A DNA stretch of 64,000 bases from Lingula anatina (Eukaryota; Animalia; Brachiopoda): NCBI GenBank assembly GCA_051362555.1, contig CM120642.1:12896001-12960000 (forward strand), written 5' to 3'. The position numbers and the translations under genes are program-made. Within the stretch, counting starts at the first letter, position 1. Every line of letters begins with the position of its first letter. Below are positions 1 to 14,038 of this stretch, one piece after another. A model generated the notes under the pieces. The model had not been told where the DNA came from. It ran no database searches and was given only the letters and a program-made list of their open reading frames with translations.

Positions 1-1987
1 CAAGCTGTTGATACGCTGAGTTGTCTTTTCTTAGTCATGATACTATTCTAAAAATTTACACCTTCTCAAACAGAAATTTGAAAAAGAAACTTCGCTAAAA
101 TTTCGGTACTTGAAGTGGCAACGGAATCGGTTGCAATGTGAGAAAAATGTCCTTGTCATCTCTCTTGCGGTCTACATGCAATGACCTTGAGAAAAAAAGT
201 GCACATATTTTTTCCCTTGTAAAAGTGAAACAAGGGAATCATGGATTAGTCCCTCTCTTCAGAGGTTCGAGCGATTGGGACTAAATAACCAAAAATATCA
301 GTACTATATTAGTTAACATTTGATTTATCAAGAACCTATGCGTGGAATTGACAACATTTCAGATATATCAAATATGGAGCCATACCTATGAGTTTCAGTT
401 TCCTAAAGGACTGAAACCCTTCACTTGATAAATTTCCACATAGGTGTTTATTATGCGTAAATGCAATCTATCTTATTTTCTTGATAGCGAACACTAGAGT
501 GGAGGGGCAATAGGTTTCTCTGTTATAGGTTTTTGCATTATCACGTTCATTTTATGCGTCAGAGTCTTACGACTGTGACACAAGGTATAGTGGGTTGACA
601 TGGCCCCGGGAGAGAAAAAAAAAGAAAGGAAAAATAAACGTAGGTTGTCTAAGTAATCTTTGATACAAAGAATTTCAAATGATACAGTAAAAATATTATT
701 CAGATATTTAATGAGAAGATGGTAGCGGATCCATGTTTTATCCAGATTCTTTTAGCCATTAATCAAAAACATACATTGCGCAGCGAATTTTCTTTGCAGT
801 AGATGCTGAATAGTGGGTTCAGATATCCTTGTAGTCCTTTGTGTATACTATCCTGTCAACACTAAAGTCAAGTACGTAATCAAACAAATATTCAGTGATA
901 TTTGGCCCCTAGGCCTTAATATAAATTACACAATACCCGACAAAAATCAGTCGGGGAATCATTGAAACGAAATGACTTGTGAACAACGGATAAACAACCC
1001 AATCCAATACGCTACCGCAAATGTGGAAATGAAGTCACGAACTGAAAACTTGAAATAAGACAACCTCCTCAAATCTTAAAATGTATTCAATTTTCCGATC
1101 GCTTTAAAGCCCGACTTCTCCCCTCCGAACACTCCAAATATGGATATGAAACTTACCAACTGAAAGCCCAGAATAGTGGACAATAGTTAATCAAATGCAT
1201 GATCATATGCTAATACATTTTTAATGTTGTGACCGGCGACTGACGTCACAAGCGTGCGCAAATACGGAAAGCAGCGCGGACGGGTAGTGAACATTCAATA
1301 TTTGATGAAGGTCAACGGTCTATGAGATGGATGGCCAAAAATGCGATCAGGGCGGCAACTGGTCAATTTTGATCTCATTCCGGATGTCGTACTCAGCGGT
1401 CATTTCATAAGACCGACAGTGGACCATTGTCTTTCAGGAGGGGCAGTTTTTTATTTATTATTTAGATGATTGTTAAGAAGTGGTAAAGGGAATTGGGGGT
1501 GTGTCAACAGTGCAATGCCTTATTCTTCATTGGTAGACCATCGAACGAATAATGCGTGTTAAGATTTGGCGCCTAGTAAAGCAATAATTTATTACGTCTT
1601 TATACCTTCTTTCACAATGATTAGGGCCTATTGGATGTAAAATGATTCAAATTATTTTTATCAAATATCATACACTTTCACCGCATTCCAGATCTACACT
1701 ATATCTCTGCTAAAAAATCCATGATCTAAATAAAAAATGTTGATAGTTTTGTTGCTATTAACCCGTTGTTTCAAACATACGTGTATTTTCACTGGGCTTA
1801 ATTTGCTGGTAACCTGAGAGTTTTGCCACTATTTGAATCCGGTTCATTAAACTTCCAGTGATAAGCTATCAGTAAGTACTCAACATTAATTCCGATTACG
1901 CATTAAAAGTTGTTTCATCTCGCAGATAACTGTTTACTTCTATTCACTGACTTACTCTCGGTCTGTCTACCAATTACGTGACACGTC

Positions 1988-2109
1988 TGGTGGTGGAGGG
2001 GTGGGGATTGGAGGGGGTACAGGAGGGTGCTGGTGGAGGGTGGGGTGGGAGGATAGAGGAAAGGGGGGGAGAGCAGCGGGAGGGAGGGTGAGGGGTGAGG
2101 GGCAGAGGG
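1988..2109 (+). other. G-rich purine-biased tract with many GGG+ runs (G-quadruplex-capable)
   Basis: TGGTGGTGGAGGGGTGGGGATTGGAGGGGGTAC...GGGAGGGAGGGTGAGGGGTGAGGGGCAGAGGG in otherwise AT-rich DNA, about 1.3 kb upstream of the putative distal chitin synthase promoter. Confidence 0.6.
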
Positions 2110-3391
2110 CACCACCCGATTACCTCAGGTGCTCGAAGCTGTTTTAGAACAGAAATTCAGATGGCTTCATTTAGAACTGCGAGGGTGTCAACCATCGGGG
2201 AATGAGATGATACCGTCTTCCAACGCGCACACCTTATGTAAATGTACAGCGTTCTCTTCTCTGACTGTTGAGTTAGGAAAGAGAATAATTTTAAAGAACG
2301 GCAGCTGATATTTTGAAGAGAAGGCAAATGTGTTCTAAAATTCTAATAAATTGAGAACTAATTGTTACTTTTACTGGTTTTCTCTTCTGCTATGGATACA
2401 TATATAACGCACGAAAAATATTATAGAACACCTGCGTGAGTTTCTCAAGCAATTAAATTTGCTACTCCCGATTTTTCTAAGTAATTCCACTTTTCGAACG
2501 AAGAAAACAACACGTAATTATAAGAGAGGGAACCAGGACGCATTTTACGGTTGTCCTTGAGTATAAAAATCAGCGGTAGTTCTTCTGCGAAACTGCACCC
2601 ATAGAGGAGCAAACCCTGTTGAGGAGTGTACAAGATCTGGCAAACAGTCTGTTATTTTTCGTGTGTGAATCACGTGCTTGATCCTGGCTGTTAACGTAGA
2701 CTGACAATAAAGTTCTGGTTTTTACAAAACAGGATGTTTTTCTTTTATACCACATAAGTGAACAAATAAATCGGTTACTTCTCCCAGGGATATGTCAGGA
2801 GTAGAAGTGTGCCCAGTGAGGAGCCAACTTGCTGAACAATGTGCCCTATCTGGCAAACATTTCAATGCTTCTCTTTTGCTATATGTGAATCACAACTTCT
2901 TTGTTGTTCTTTTAGATTGATTAAGGGATCAAATTTTGTCCCAATTGCGATGCTTTTCTTTGATAAATAAACAGATAAAAACAACGGTCACCACTATCAA
3001 AATGAATTATTATATCAGACGAAATATGTGATCTGTGTCACGCCAAATTCGTTAATCACTCTCCTATGGTCTATATATCTCATTTCTCAGAAGGGAACTT
3101 TTTTTAATAGCCTCTAACGAAAACCCAAAACAAATGCAATTAAAAAACTTTATGAAATATGCAAAATATAAAACTGCCCGTGGCAGAATGCATATGAAAC
3201 ACGCACATTCCTATGCTAAAACTAAAGTCACCGCGTAGCGTCACGACGGCGTAGGAGAACCTGGACGGAAATGATACGAGAAAAAGTCCCTCTAGCTGCA
3301 TCGGGGACGCTTGTTTAATGATGCCAACCATCGGTACCAGTGTCGTTCCCCTTAAACTGTGTCAACAGAAGATAAGACGGAAACATGTTGC

Positions 3392-3576
3392 TATTTAAAG
3401 AGGTTCTAGGACCGTGATCGAGAGAACATTTGTCTGGAGACTCCCACCACGCACGGTGCAACGTTCACGTTCAAAAATATCCCAAGTCAGGAAGTAGAGG
3501 CTGAGTTTAAGGATTCACGTTAAAAACACTTAACTTCTATGACAAGAAGCAGCAGTAGGATTTAGTTCAGTAGTAG
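3392..3576 (+). promoter_or_regulatory. Putative TATA box and non-coding first exon of chitin synthase (distal promoter)
   Basis: TATTTAAA at 3392-3399, donor TAG|GTAGGT at 3576/3577, and acceptor TTTACAACAG at 4003 just 13 nt before ATG 4017, which implies an upstream UTR exon. TSS not directly observable. Confidence 0.45.
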
Positions 3577-4016
3577 GTAGGTAGTGTTTCTTGAACTTCA
3601 CTGTCTTCTGGTGTATTTTTTAAAGATTAAACAGATTTATGCGATGGTTTCTTTGCTTCTTTTCCACATTTCGTATTTTCTTTTTATGAACCTATTTATT
3701 ATTGTTCATTTTGCAATATTGGGCGATAAGGCGTATCCGTGCTGATAAATGAACTTATAATGGAGCATATTCTTTCTTGTAGAATGTTTTTCAAATTCTT
3801 TCTTTCTTTGTTTGTTTCTAATCAATTGCAGCATACCTCACTTAATAACTGTTATCATGTTATGTCATATCATGTCAATGCACAAGTATTTAAATTAAAA
3901 ATGTTTGCTATCTTATCATCCATACCAAACCATGCATTTCAGGATATAACACTATGAAAAGCTGAAGAGTTTTTTTTATATCGTTTTAAAATCTTTACAA
4001 CAGACAGACGCTCACA

Positions 4017-7000
4017 ATGTCGAGCGAGGAATCGGGGAAGAACGGGAAGAAACCCCGCGTACGTATGAGAGCAGACGGCTTCGTCCTCGGCGAAGAAATC
4101 CCGATGAAATCTCACGCCAAGAGACCCAACAACCTAGGGAACGGCTTAGACAACGCGGGTTACGAACCCGACAGTGATGATGAGAACTACGAAAACTTTG
4201 ATCCCAGTGCTGGCACCAGGGGCGGTGATTCGAAGACCGAAGAGCCTGAATTTAGGTAAGTATATATAGGTCCTTCATGTATTAGTACATAACAGTTTCG
4301 ATAGCGAGTGAGGCAGAAAGATTATCTGTGCCAATAGCATCATCACAGTCACCAGTCTGCTGATGATGCGTTAGCAGAAATACCACTAGTCAAAAAAGCA
4401 TCACTATATTTAAGAATAAGGAAGCTGTCAGGTTCAAAGGAGCGGCCTGCCAAATTCACGAGACTCAAAATCAGAAGGGACCTCACCAACATGCTGAGTG
4501 CATCCATAATTCTTGATAACACTGACAGCGACATAAACAAAACCGAGCATTATCTGCCAGTATTAGTAAAAGTCAGGACCACATTGAAGAAAATGCATAG
4601 AACTTTAATAATTGAAGAGAAATAGCAACTAACTCTCTCAAATTAAGTTCACAGAAACGCGCAGCAAAACAGTAGCATTAGACAATCTATGAACTTAAAT
4701 TATCTGTTAGGTTGACGTCGTGCAAAGTATACAAAACAATACGTAGTATTAAACACGAGGGTCGAGTGTCGCCTCTATTCTCATCCAACTGATAACGGTT
4801 ATTGAACACTGGTCTTTTATCTCTAGAATTATAATTCTCTCGATCATTTGCAATGTCCAACGTAGCAGGCACACACTCGCTTGTTGCGGTGATAAAATGT
4901 GAAGAGCCGTAGTAAAACCTCTTGATTCTAAGCCGAAATTCCAGAATGTCCACCACTTGAAACGCTGTTAAGTCGCTGATTGCTATAAGAACAACTCCTC
5001 CCTTTCCTACAGTTCAGATCATGTCAAGCTATATTATCTTCATCAGTGTTTTCAGATTGGAAATATAAGTTTAATGGCTATTTTACGATCTTTTATTTGA
5101 CCGTATTTGAAGTGTATTGGGGATATTGTGATCCAAATCGGAAGTTTTTGCTTATGTCAAAAATGCTTTTTATTTTCTATTGCGTATTGTAAGCAAGTCG
5201 GAAGGTGGTTGCAGTCCTTTGTTTTTGACAGAGAACTTGTTTTGGTCACATCTCTTTTGAAGTAACTTTTTTTCTCTTTTTTTAATGAGATCTAACATGA
5301 TAATTTCAAAAACCTGAACAGCAGAGGCAATTACCGCAAGGAACGCAGTGAGTAACCTTTAAGGAATTAAACTCACCACATCTTTTTTATTATCGCTCCA
5401 TCCTTTTAAAATGCGGAAGAGTTGGAACGCGAACGTAATATTTGTGCACAAGCTTCTTGTTTGTAAAAGTGTTAGAAAGTCTGTGTTCCCTTTTTATTTG
5501 ATAAATTGAGGGCTAGGATACCCCTGTCCTTAGTAACACAATAATGCTTGTAGTTAAAAGGAAGTTACTCCTCGTTTAGAAAAAACAAAAACATTAAACG
5601 GACGTCAAACATAATCGGCCACAATAACTCACGGTCTAGTATTGTACAGTCTGTCGTGTTTTCTTCGTTGTATTGCAATTACAAATGATAAAGAGTTTCT
5701 TTTTCTCATCAAGCAAACTGGATTAGTGATGTGACACAACTTCTTAAGTAAACATACTGTGCGATAATCCTGGCAAAGCTGCATTTTTTAGAAATCATTT
5801 TTGCCAAAGATAAAAAGACAAGGAAATAGGACGCTGGTATCAATATTCAATTTAAAGTTTTTGATGAACCAAGAAAGTTTTATTCAACACTTCTGCAAGA
5901 AATAAGACAAATGTTAGATTTATTTAGGGCAGCGTGGTGTCATGTAACGGTTAAAAGATAAATAGAGGCAACTGCGTTCTCGTGCACATACATGTCAGAC
6001 TCGTTCCAATGAAAATGTCAAAATAAAATTTCCAGTGAAGTCAACTCGTTGTCGATAACTCTACTCATACATGTATCAACTATATATGGTTGCTTTTGTT
6101 TTCAAATAACATATTCTATCGTAAATAAAACTTTGTTGGTGACTCTGTCCTTAAAGTTATCAACACGATACTTTGTACTGTGACTTTGCACTGCTAGTTC
6201 AAGCTTCTACTATGGTATACTATCAATACTATTTACACATGTTCATAGGGGACGTGATAAATGTGAAATCGGGTTTCGGTTGTAAACCTTCTGTTAACAT
6301 GTAGGCTTCTCCCCGCTCATTTATGATGTGAAAAACAAACTTTGTCTGTCTGGTATGCTTTTTGTAAATTTACTGTATATGACACGGCGAGTTGTTTATT
6401 TCTTTTTTCATTATCCACTTTCTTTATTAGAGTTCTGTTTGTGTAATCAGTGTAATCCATCGTGATTTTATTCACTAGCTAATCTTTTCAAAAGTTTGAA
6501 ATTGAACGATTGATTACACATGAAGTATGAGGAAGTACTGATTGCTTTCAAAGAAAAAAACCTGTTAAAAAGCACGTACACGAACTAAATAACCCTCTTT
6601 ATCGTTATCTCTCACGTATAGGAGCTTGCCTGAAAGACGCGAGATTTTCTCGTTTTATTCGCGTCTATGACTAAGTCTTGAGGGCGAAGTAATGGGCAGG
6701 TGTTTTTAAGAATCTCTCTCTTTTTCTCTCGCATACACACACATACACACATTCATACAGAAGAGAGAGAGATTTATAGGCATTTCAATTATCACATAAA
6801 ATCCATATGTAAGCCTGCTTGTGTCGCCAAGATATCCTCTACTAGGGCGACAGATTGATTTTTCATATTCCCAAGATAGGCCTATTTAACAAATTCGTTT
6901 AAGTGAACAGGGGCTTCACCATGACTTCTCTACCGCAATGCACAGTTTAACTGCGGACTCGACATACTCCATTGTTTGATACTTATATAGTTTCCCTTAA

Positions 7001-10000
7001 TGCCAAGTATCAGCGGAATCTTTACAATTTTTTTCCAAATGTTGTTTCAGAACTTGTTGAACTTAATTTGACTCTTATGAAAGTCAATTCCTTTTCTCAC
7101 CATTTATGAACACTTGTGGGTGATCTAAAATTTCACTCAGTTTTATTTTATTTTAAATAATTAGTTTAATTGGGTTTAAGGTAGCATATTCAGTGGTTGT
7201 CAATTAAAATCTCGCCGCATTGCGATGGAAATATTTTGCCCGCCGTGCGTATACAGCGTGTTTTTAACTGCTTACATTGCAATCGGTCCAAAATGCTGCA
7301 GCACGACTACTGACCAAAATCCCTCTCAGATCAAACATTTCACCCATTTTATTCGAACTACATTGGCTTCCTGTACGACAGAGAATTGTTTTTAAATTAC
7401 TGTTGTTTGTTTTTAAATTCACCAGAGGTGAATGCCCCTCATATTTTAACTCGATGCTACATCCAAGTACACCCAGTCTCACCAGGTCTACCAGATCCAC
7501 CTCCACTCCTTGTTTTATCAAAAATGATAATAAAAAAACAACCAAAACCTACGGCCACAGGGCATTTTCAATTTCAGCACCAATTTTATGGAATCAATTA
7601 CCCTCACACATTCGGACTATTGACAGTGTTGAGGTTTTTAAAAAAGATTTAAAAACATTCTTATTTGCACAGTATTTTAATTAATATTTTCTCATTTTAT
7701 CAGAAAAAAAGTTTTATTGTTCAGACCATTACTATTTTAACCAGCTTTAATTATTTTAATCGTTTTTTACCTTAGCTTTTATTATATATATAATTAGTTG
7801 TAATCCTGATAATTTTACCTGTAAACAGCACTGAGACGCTAGTGTAGTGCAGTTTTAGGAAATAAATATTATTATCATTATTATTATTACTTGCAAAGGC
7901 CATAAAGTACGAATATAATATCTCGGGCTGCACCACATGACACGTTTAGAGATAAAGTGTAAATATCATTACAATAGTAATTATTATTATGTTACATTTT
8001 TACACTTTGATATTACAAACTATATATACTAGTGTTCGTAGTGCTGCCGTCTCAAGCCTGTCTTTGATAGTTTAAGGATATTTCCTAATCTTTTTTTTTT
8101 TCATGTTTCAATTCTACAAAATTTAAGTCGGGGACCTAACAACTCTCGAATTTTTGACAACAGAGGGACACAAATAAATTATACAGTATGTATTCGTAAA
8201 AAGATAAGGTCAAGAGAAGTACAGGTATTTTTTGTTTTTTCCCCGAATTTTCTATTCATAAGCCATTTTTCAATTGCGTGTAGGTAATATGCCGTGCTTT
8301 CATTATATGGTTTCTTATCAAAGATGAAGAATAATGATCTGATGCTATTTTTACACTTCCAAGACAATGGACATTTCCTTATATATGCTCAAGTAACACA
8401 TTAAAAAGTGTAATAACTCATTTTCATATTCATTACTCAGCATATTTTACAAACCAAATCCCGTAACTCTGTGATTTATTTTCGAGTGCTGTTTGTTATA
8501 ATTAACGCCCCCTTTTTATTGGAGTCTTACCTATTTACGTCAGTATTATAATATATAATAGGTTTTTAATAGTGTATTACCCAAGAATCATTTGCGTAGG
8601 CATAATGATAATAATAATAACAGATAAAAATGAAAAAGAACAAAATGTTTTAAGAGAAAAAATTTGTTGTAATTAATAATACAATGTGTGCAACTTTATA
8701 TTATCTACAACATATAGGGGATAGTAGAATGTTATTGTTAAGAAAGGATGAAAAGATGCACTAGAACATATGTACGTCATCGCTGAAGTAGTGTGGGTAG
8801 CACATATACACATACATGTATATGCCCAATTGTTGAGTGAAATCAGTGCTCTTAAATCGACTGAGTAGCTAATTTTAAAATGACCAAGAAGAAGTCAAAA
8901 ACGACCAGCATATTTTTGCCCCTCTCTCCAGGACACTTGACGAAGTACGTAAAATCTATGAGATTTGTATTTACGTATTCATGACTCATTGAGATTTGAT
9001 TAATGTCCCCAATTTATTAATCTGGTGGGAAAGCGTTCATTTAAAAGGAAACATGTTTACATATGACTTACTGCATATAGTAGAACGTGTCAAATATGTC
9101 TTGTTTCCAAGAAGAAAATTATTTTTTCTCATTTTCAATGTGTCAAATCTTGCTATTTGACATTTTTATGGTACTGGATTGTCACACACAATCTTTATAT
9201 TCACAACCATTAATAATAGTATTTCATCCACTGTCTTGAAAGGAGGCCAAGATTTCAATTTGCAATCTTATTTCCATTTCCAACTGTACTTCTAAGCCAA
9301 GGTAGGGATGTATTTGGCGGGAAAAGATATTAAGCTATCACATAATATTACATGTACATGTAGATAGAAATATGTTCTGTATGGATTGCTTTTGCAAGAA
9401 TTATTTGGCTATGTTTCGTTATTCTAAGCTTTTATTCAGCGTTTCTTGGTACAAGTGAATCTACATGTACTTTTTCAGCATGGCATATGTAATGCTTAGC
9501 GAGATAAAACGATGTCATGAATCGCTCTATACTGATTCATCAAACTTTCCAACTTTATTTTCAAGACCTAAGAAGGCTTTTTTTCGATCACGAATTGCCA
9601 TGGGCAGTGTGTTTTTGAGACCCCTGGGAATATTTCTTTTGTAAAAGCCAATGTATAGATAGACATATTCAACCGCAGAAATCGCAGATGAGAGTGTTGT
9701 AAGAGTTGCTGTTTAGTTTTTATTTATTTATTTATTTATTTGTCTCCTTTAAGAGGAAAGTGCTCTCTCGTTAAAATGGAAGTCATGGCCACCAAACCCA
9801 CACTTAAGCCATGGCCACTAAAGCCACACTATAATGTACATGTACACCTCGTTTTACTAGATTGATGTTAAAGAAAATTATTTATTTGTCGACGCACAGC
9901 ATTTCTTGTTTTGATATCAAAGGGACAAGAGGACAATAGTTCCCAGAACGGATCATGTTTCGGACTTGTGCTACGGATGTGATATATTAGTTCCTTAAGT

Positions 10001-13000
10001 CTACTTGTGGTATACGAAGGTCACGAAAAAAAAGGTTTAATTTTTTTTGACCCAAGATAGATGTCACCCATACCAGGGTCTTAAGGTTTAAAACGTCCGG
10101 TAGATTTTTAAATAGGTTAAGTTTTTGAACATCCAAATGAAAAGAGAAAATTGCTTTTAAAATAATAAAAATAATAAACAAGTTCCCCTTAATAACTATT
10201 TTATCAGTAAGACATGATAAAAATCTTTGTTATAAATATATGTATATTATATTAAAACGACAATTCGGCCAAGAAAACACAAACTAAGTTTATTTAAACA
10301 TGCCTTAAACAGGCATGACATATACTTTTTATCTAAAAACACACGACACCAACAAATATAGTACTGTTTTAAAATCGCCAAAAATATCCCAGTTTACTCA
10401 AGCAATCCCCCTGCCATTCAACTTCATCCAACTTTTTCCTCGGCCTTATTTGATTGGCTATCTGTCGGATATTCCCATTTATTTATTTTACCGACGGCTC
10501 ACATTAAAAAGACATAAGCGCGGTTACTTACACATTACGTTGGATTTATGGAAGATAGACTGTGACGTCCACAGTTCCTTCAGAGCTTCCGGTGTGCTAC
10601 CTGGGCTTAATCACACACATTTAATAACTATTAAATTAACATACAGCTACCGAATATATAATATGGGTCGTGTACATGCAGACAGACACTTACAATTACT
10701 TCATCGAGCCACAGTGCATTGTTATTTAATTTCGTTTATATTTCTCGTTTTGTATATCTTTTCAAGAGTTAATTAGCATTACTTGCATGTAGAAAAATAA
10801 GAATTTTCGTGGTTGGTGACAGTTTTTATTTTGTCACAAAATTTGGAATTTAAAACGTTACCTCACATGTAATTTTAAACATAAAATGGTTGACAGCATA
10901 GAACTCAGGGAGAATGGTTTAACTACTAAACATGCATTGCGGAACAGTTCGGGTCTTAAACTTGATCTCAACAAGATAAACTCCCCGGCGGGACAGAGCC
11001 TTGGCAGGACAAAAAGGTAGAAATAATTTTGACTTTAATGTGGTATAACAAAAACGAAAATAAAGTTTCCCTTTATAATCTGGATTTTTTTTTTTCAGTC
11101 ATTTCGTATATAGACGGGCAACTAGTGACAACATGACAACGTCAGGTCCATTCAAAGAAGTGACCTAGAAATATGAATGATATTTTCATTGTTTTCCAAA
11201 AGTGGAGATTTAATTCATCATTTTATGCAAGTCTATTTATTTAATATGATATGATATTTGAATACCTGATGTTTAGTTTTGTACGTCGTATTTGTATCAG
11301 AATCCCCTTGTGTTTTGTATGAAACAGATTATATAAATGTTCAATCTTAAACCGGCGTAAGGTTATTTTTCACTATTTTTCATCTATTTTACAGCACAAA
11401 ACGATCCTGGGACGTTTTCGAAGTAAAACCAGAGGATGACAGAGATGCATCGCAGGACAGTTATTGCCTGGAAATAACGAAAAAATGCGCAAAAGTGATA
11501 GTCTGCATTCTCTTCTTTATCCTCATCCTTGCGGCTGCAGTTATTGCCAGGGGAACATTGTTATTTATCACCTCACGATTGCGACCAGATATCGAAATAT
11601 CCTGTGAGGTTAATCTAGACATCTCATTGCAACCATATTCAATAACGAGCGATTCCGGTGACGATGTATTGGCGAGACTACGAAGGCAAGTCGCCAATAC
11701 AAATTCGACGGTTCCAACCACATCTTTACCATCGACGACGACGACAACAGCAACAACATCAACAACGACATTATCGTCCACTACACTACCGCCTCAGGCG
11801 CTCAACCTGAATAGCTGCTACATTGTTCCCAAAGATGTCTTCCAACCAGACGATAATGTTACCAGATTTAGAAGAGCGGATGCCCCCAGGGTGACGCTGA
11901 AGTTGTGCGACGAGTTGGCAGTAAAATGGATCTGGGCATTGTTTGCTGTCTTATGCTTGCCTTATCTCTTGACCTTTGTCAAATGCCTTTGGAAGATTTT
12001 GTTCAAACAAACGGAATGGCCGACCATGAAAGTGGCAATTTTGGTAAGTGTGTTCTGTATAAACCTAAAACTCTCATTGAATAATAAACAGACGATTAAA
12101 TAGTTAAATACGTTTATTGATATTTCTTTGTCAATCAAATGACTGATATATCTTACGATATACCTTCCCTTTATTTTTTCACCAGGTTACATCAGTCGAA
12201 ACCGCTCACACTTGTGGATTGTGTCTTCTAACCTTCCTTATCCTACCTTACTTCGACGTTGTCCAAAGCCTCATGGTGCTCAACGGTGTTGCCTTCCTAC
12301 CCGCCCTACTCCAGCTGGTCATCCGCCCAGCAAAAGAAAAACTCCGTCCAGTTAAGATCACGTTTGACGTATTGGCCACCCTGGCCCAAATCTCAGCCCT
12401 GGTCGTCTGGCCGGTGGCCGCAGGAGTGGACAACATGCAGGTCGTGTTTAGGGACACTCCGGACTACGTCCTCTGGCTGACCCCTCTGGCTCTACTCTTG
12501 ATCTCGTTTAACTGGTGGGAGAACTACGTTTATATTGACACCAAAGTTCACCACTCAAACATGAACCCAGTGCGACGGTTTCTGACGAAGGCTAGGGCTG
12601 TAGTACGCCGCTCGAGGTATAAGCTCTACGTGTTCATGTGCCCATGGAAGATAGTTCTGAGCTTTGCTCTCATGTTAGCTATTTTCATCGGGACTGGACG
12701 CTTCACCGCCGAGGATATGTTTTATCTGCAACCAGGTCTTGCAAGATGCGAAGCCGACTCTAACGTGTACTTTGGAAAAGAAGATGTTGGCACGGACCTC
12801 GACGTTGTGTATACGGCTGTCGTACTGGTGTGCGTACGTCTGGTTTGTTATTACTGCTCCAAGGTGGCATGCCAGGTGAAAATGCAGCGGATTAGCTTCG
12901 CTCCACCTCTGCTACTTGTCACCCCCATCACGCTTGGTCTGCTATTCGCAGGGTGCCACTTTTGGAATATCAACCAAACCACTTTTACGGTAAGCTATTT

Positions 13001-14004
13001 AATGTTACCTACACGGACATTTTGATAACATGCAATTTGCTAGTTGTTTTCAGTCTAAAGAAGTTGAAATTTTGTTACGCAGGCATCTTATTTTCAGCAT
13101 TTGTTTATTTTGACCAAACCGTGTTGATCACAATGAAAAAAGAAAACAAAAACATAAAAATCACATTTGTATTTCAATAATTTCCCACTTCAGGGTATCC
13201 CAGGTTATCTATTCTGGCACTGTTTCCCACCCGGATCCTCTCTGACCAGCCTGTGGTCATTTTGGTTCATCGTAGCCTGGTGGCTGTCATTGATGTGGGT
13301 CACTAGACACGTGTGGATGCCCAATGCAGAGAGGCTGGCTAAGACTGAGAAGTGAGTTGTCTTATGACATGCTGTACCGCTTTTATTCTAAACTCCAGCA
13401 CCTTATGTTTTGTGTTGGTTAAAGGGTTGATGAGAATTTGAAGTAAAAATATAAGGCAATAAAAGTTTGATTTTTTTTTTTTTGGGGGGGGGGGGAGGGT
13501 CGAGGGTAAATGACAAGAAGAACTATATTCCCTTTAACTTATTTCCCCATCCACCAGAAAACAGTGGAGTAAGCAGACTAACAGAAAATGTGACTGATTA
13601 TTTTTTCAAAAATTGCTAGACATCAGTATTTAAAAAAATGAAATCACTGCCGTGTCTTTTTACCTTAATGCTAACTTATCTACATTATGTTTATACTATA
13701 GCCGTTATACTGTTATACGAAAATGTCAGGTCATCTAGGTTTAATTACCCAGGCATGTCATGGAGGTTAGGTCTTTTCCTTAAACTCATAGTAGACAGTG
13801 ACTGATTTATTTGGCTTTGAACCGTAATGCGTTTTTAATGTGAATATTTACTATCTGTCTGCTTCCGCCTAAGTAACAGGACTAGGGACTTTGTTATGCG
13901 CACTCTGTATGTTAAGGTGCGTTATTGTCGTTGTGAAGTACATGTATAAGTAGTTTTGATGAAACATGAATTTATACTGGGACATGTAGTTTGTACAAGA
14001 CAGA

Positions 14005-14038
<34 letters not shown>

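Noticed and set aside
1915-2115. Pro-rich 66-aa minus-strand ORF
   Set aside because: Artefact of the G-rich low-complexity tract.
9781-9832. Two-copy 26-bp tandem repeat (CATGGCCAC.AAA.CCACACT)
   Set aside because: Simple local duplication in an intron with no sign of function.
10315-10776. 153-aa plus-strand ORF in chitin synthase intron
   Set aside because: No recognisable motif, AT-rich codon make-up, no compatible splice sites; overlaps the candidate proximal promoter.
11461-11781. Val-rich 106-aa minus-strand ORF
   Set aside because: Antisense shadow of the Thr-rich chitin synthase exon (ACN codons read as Val/Cys on the other strand).
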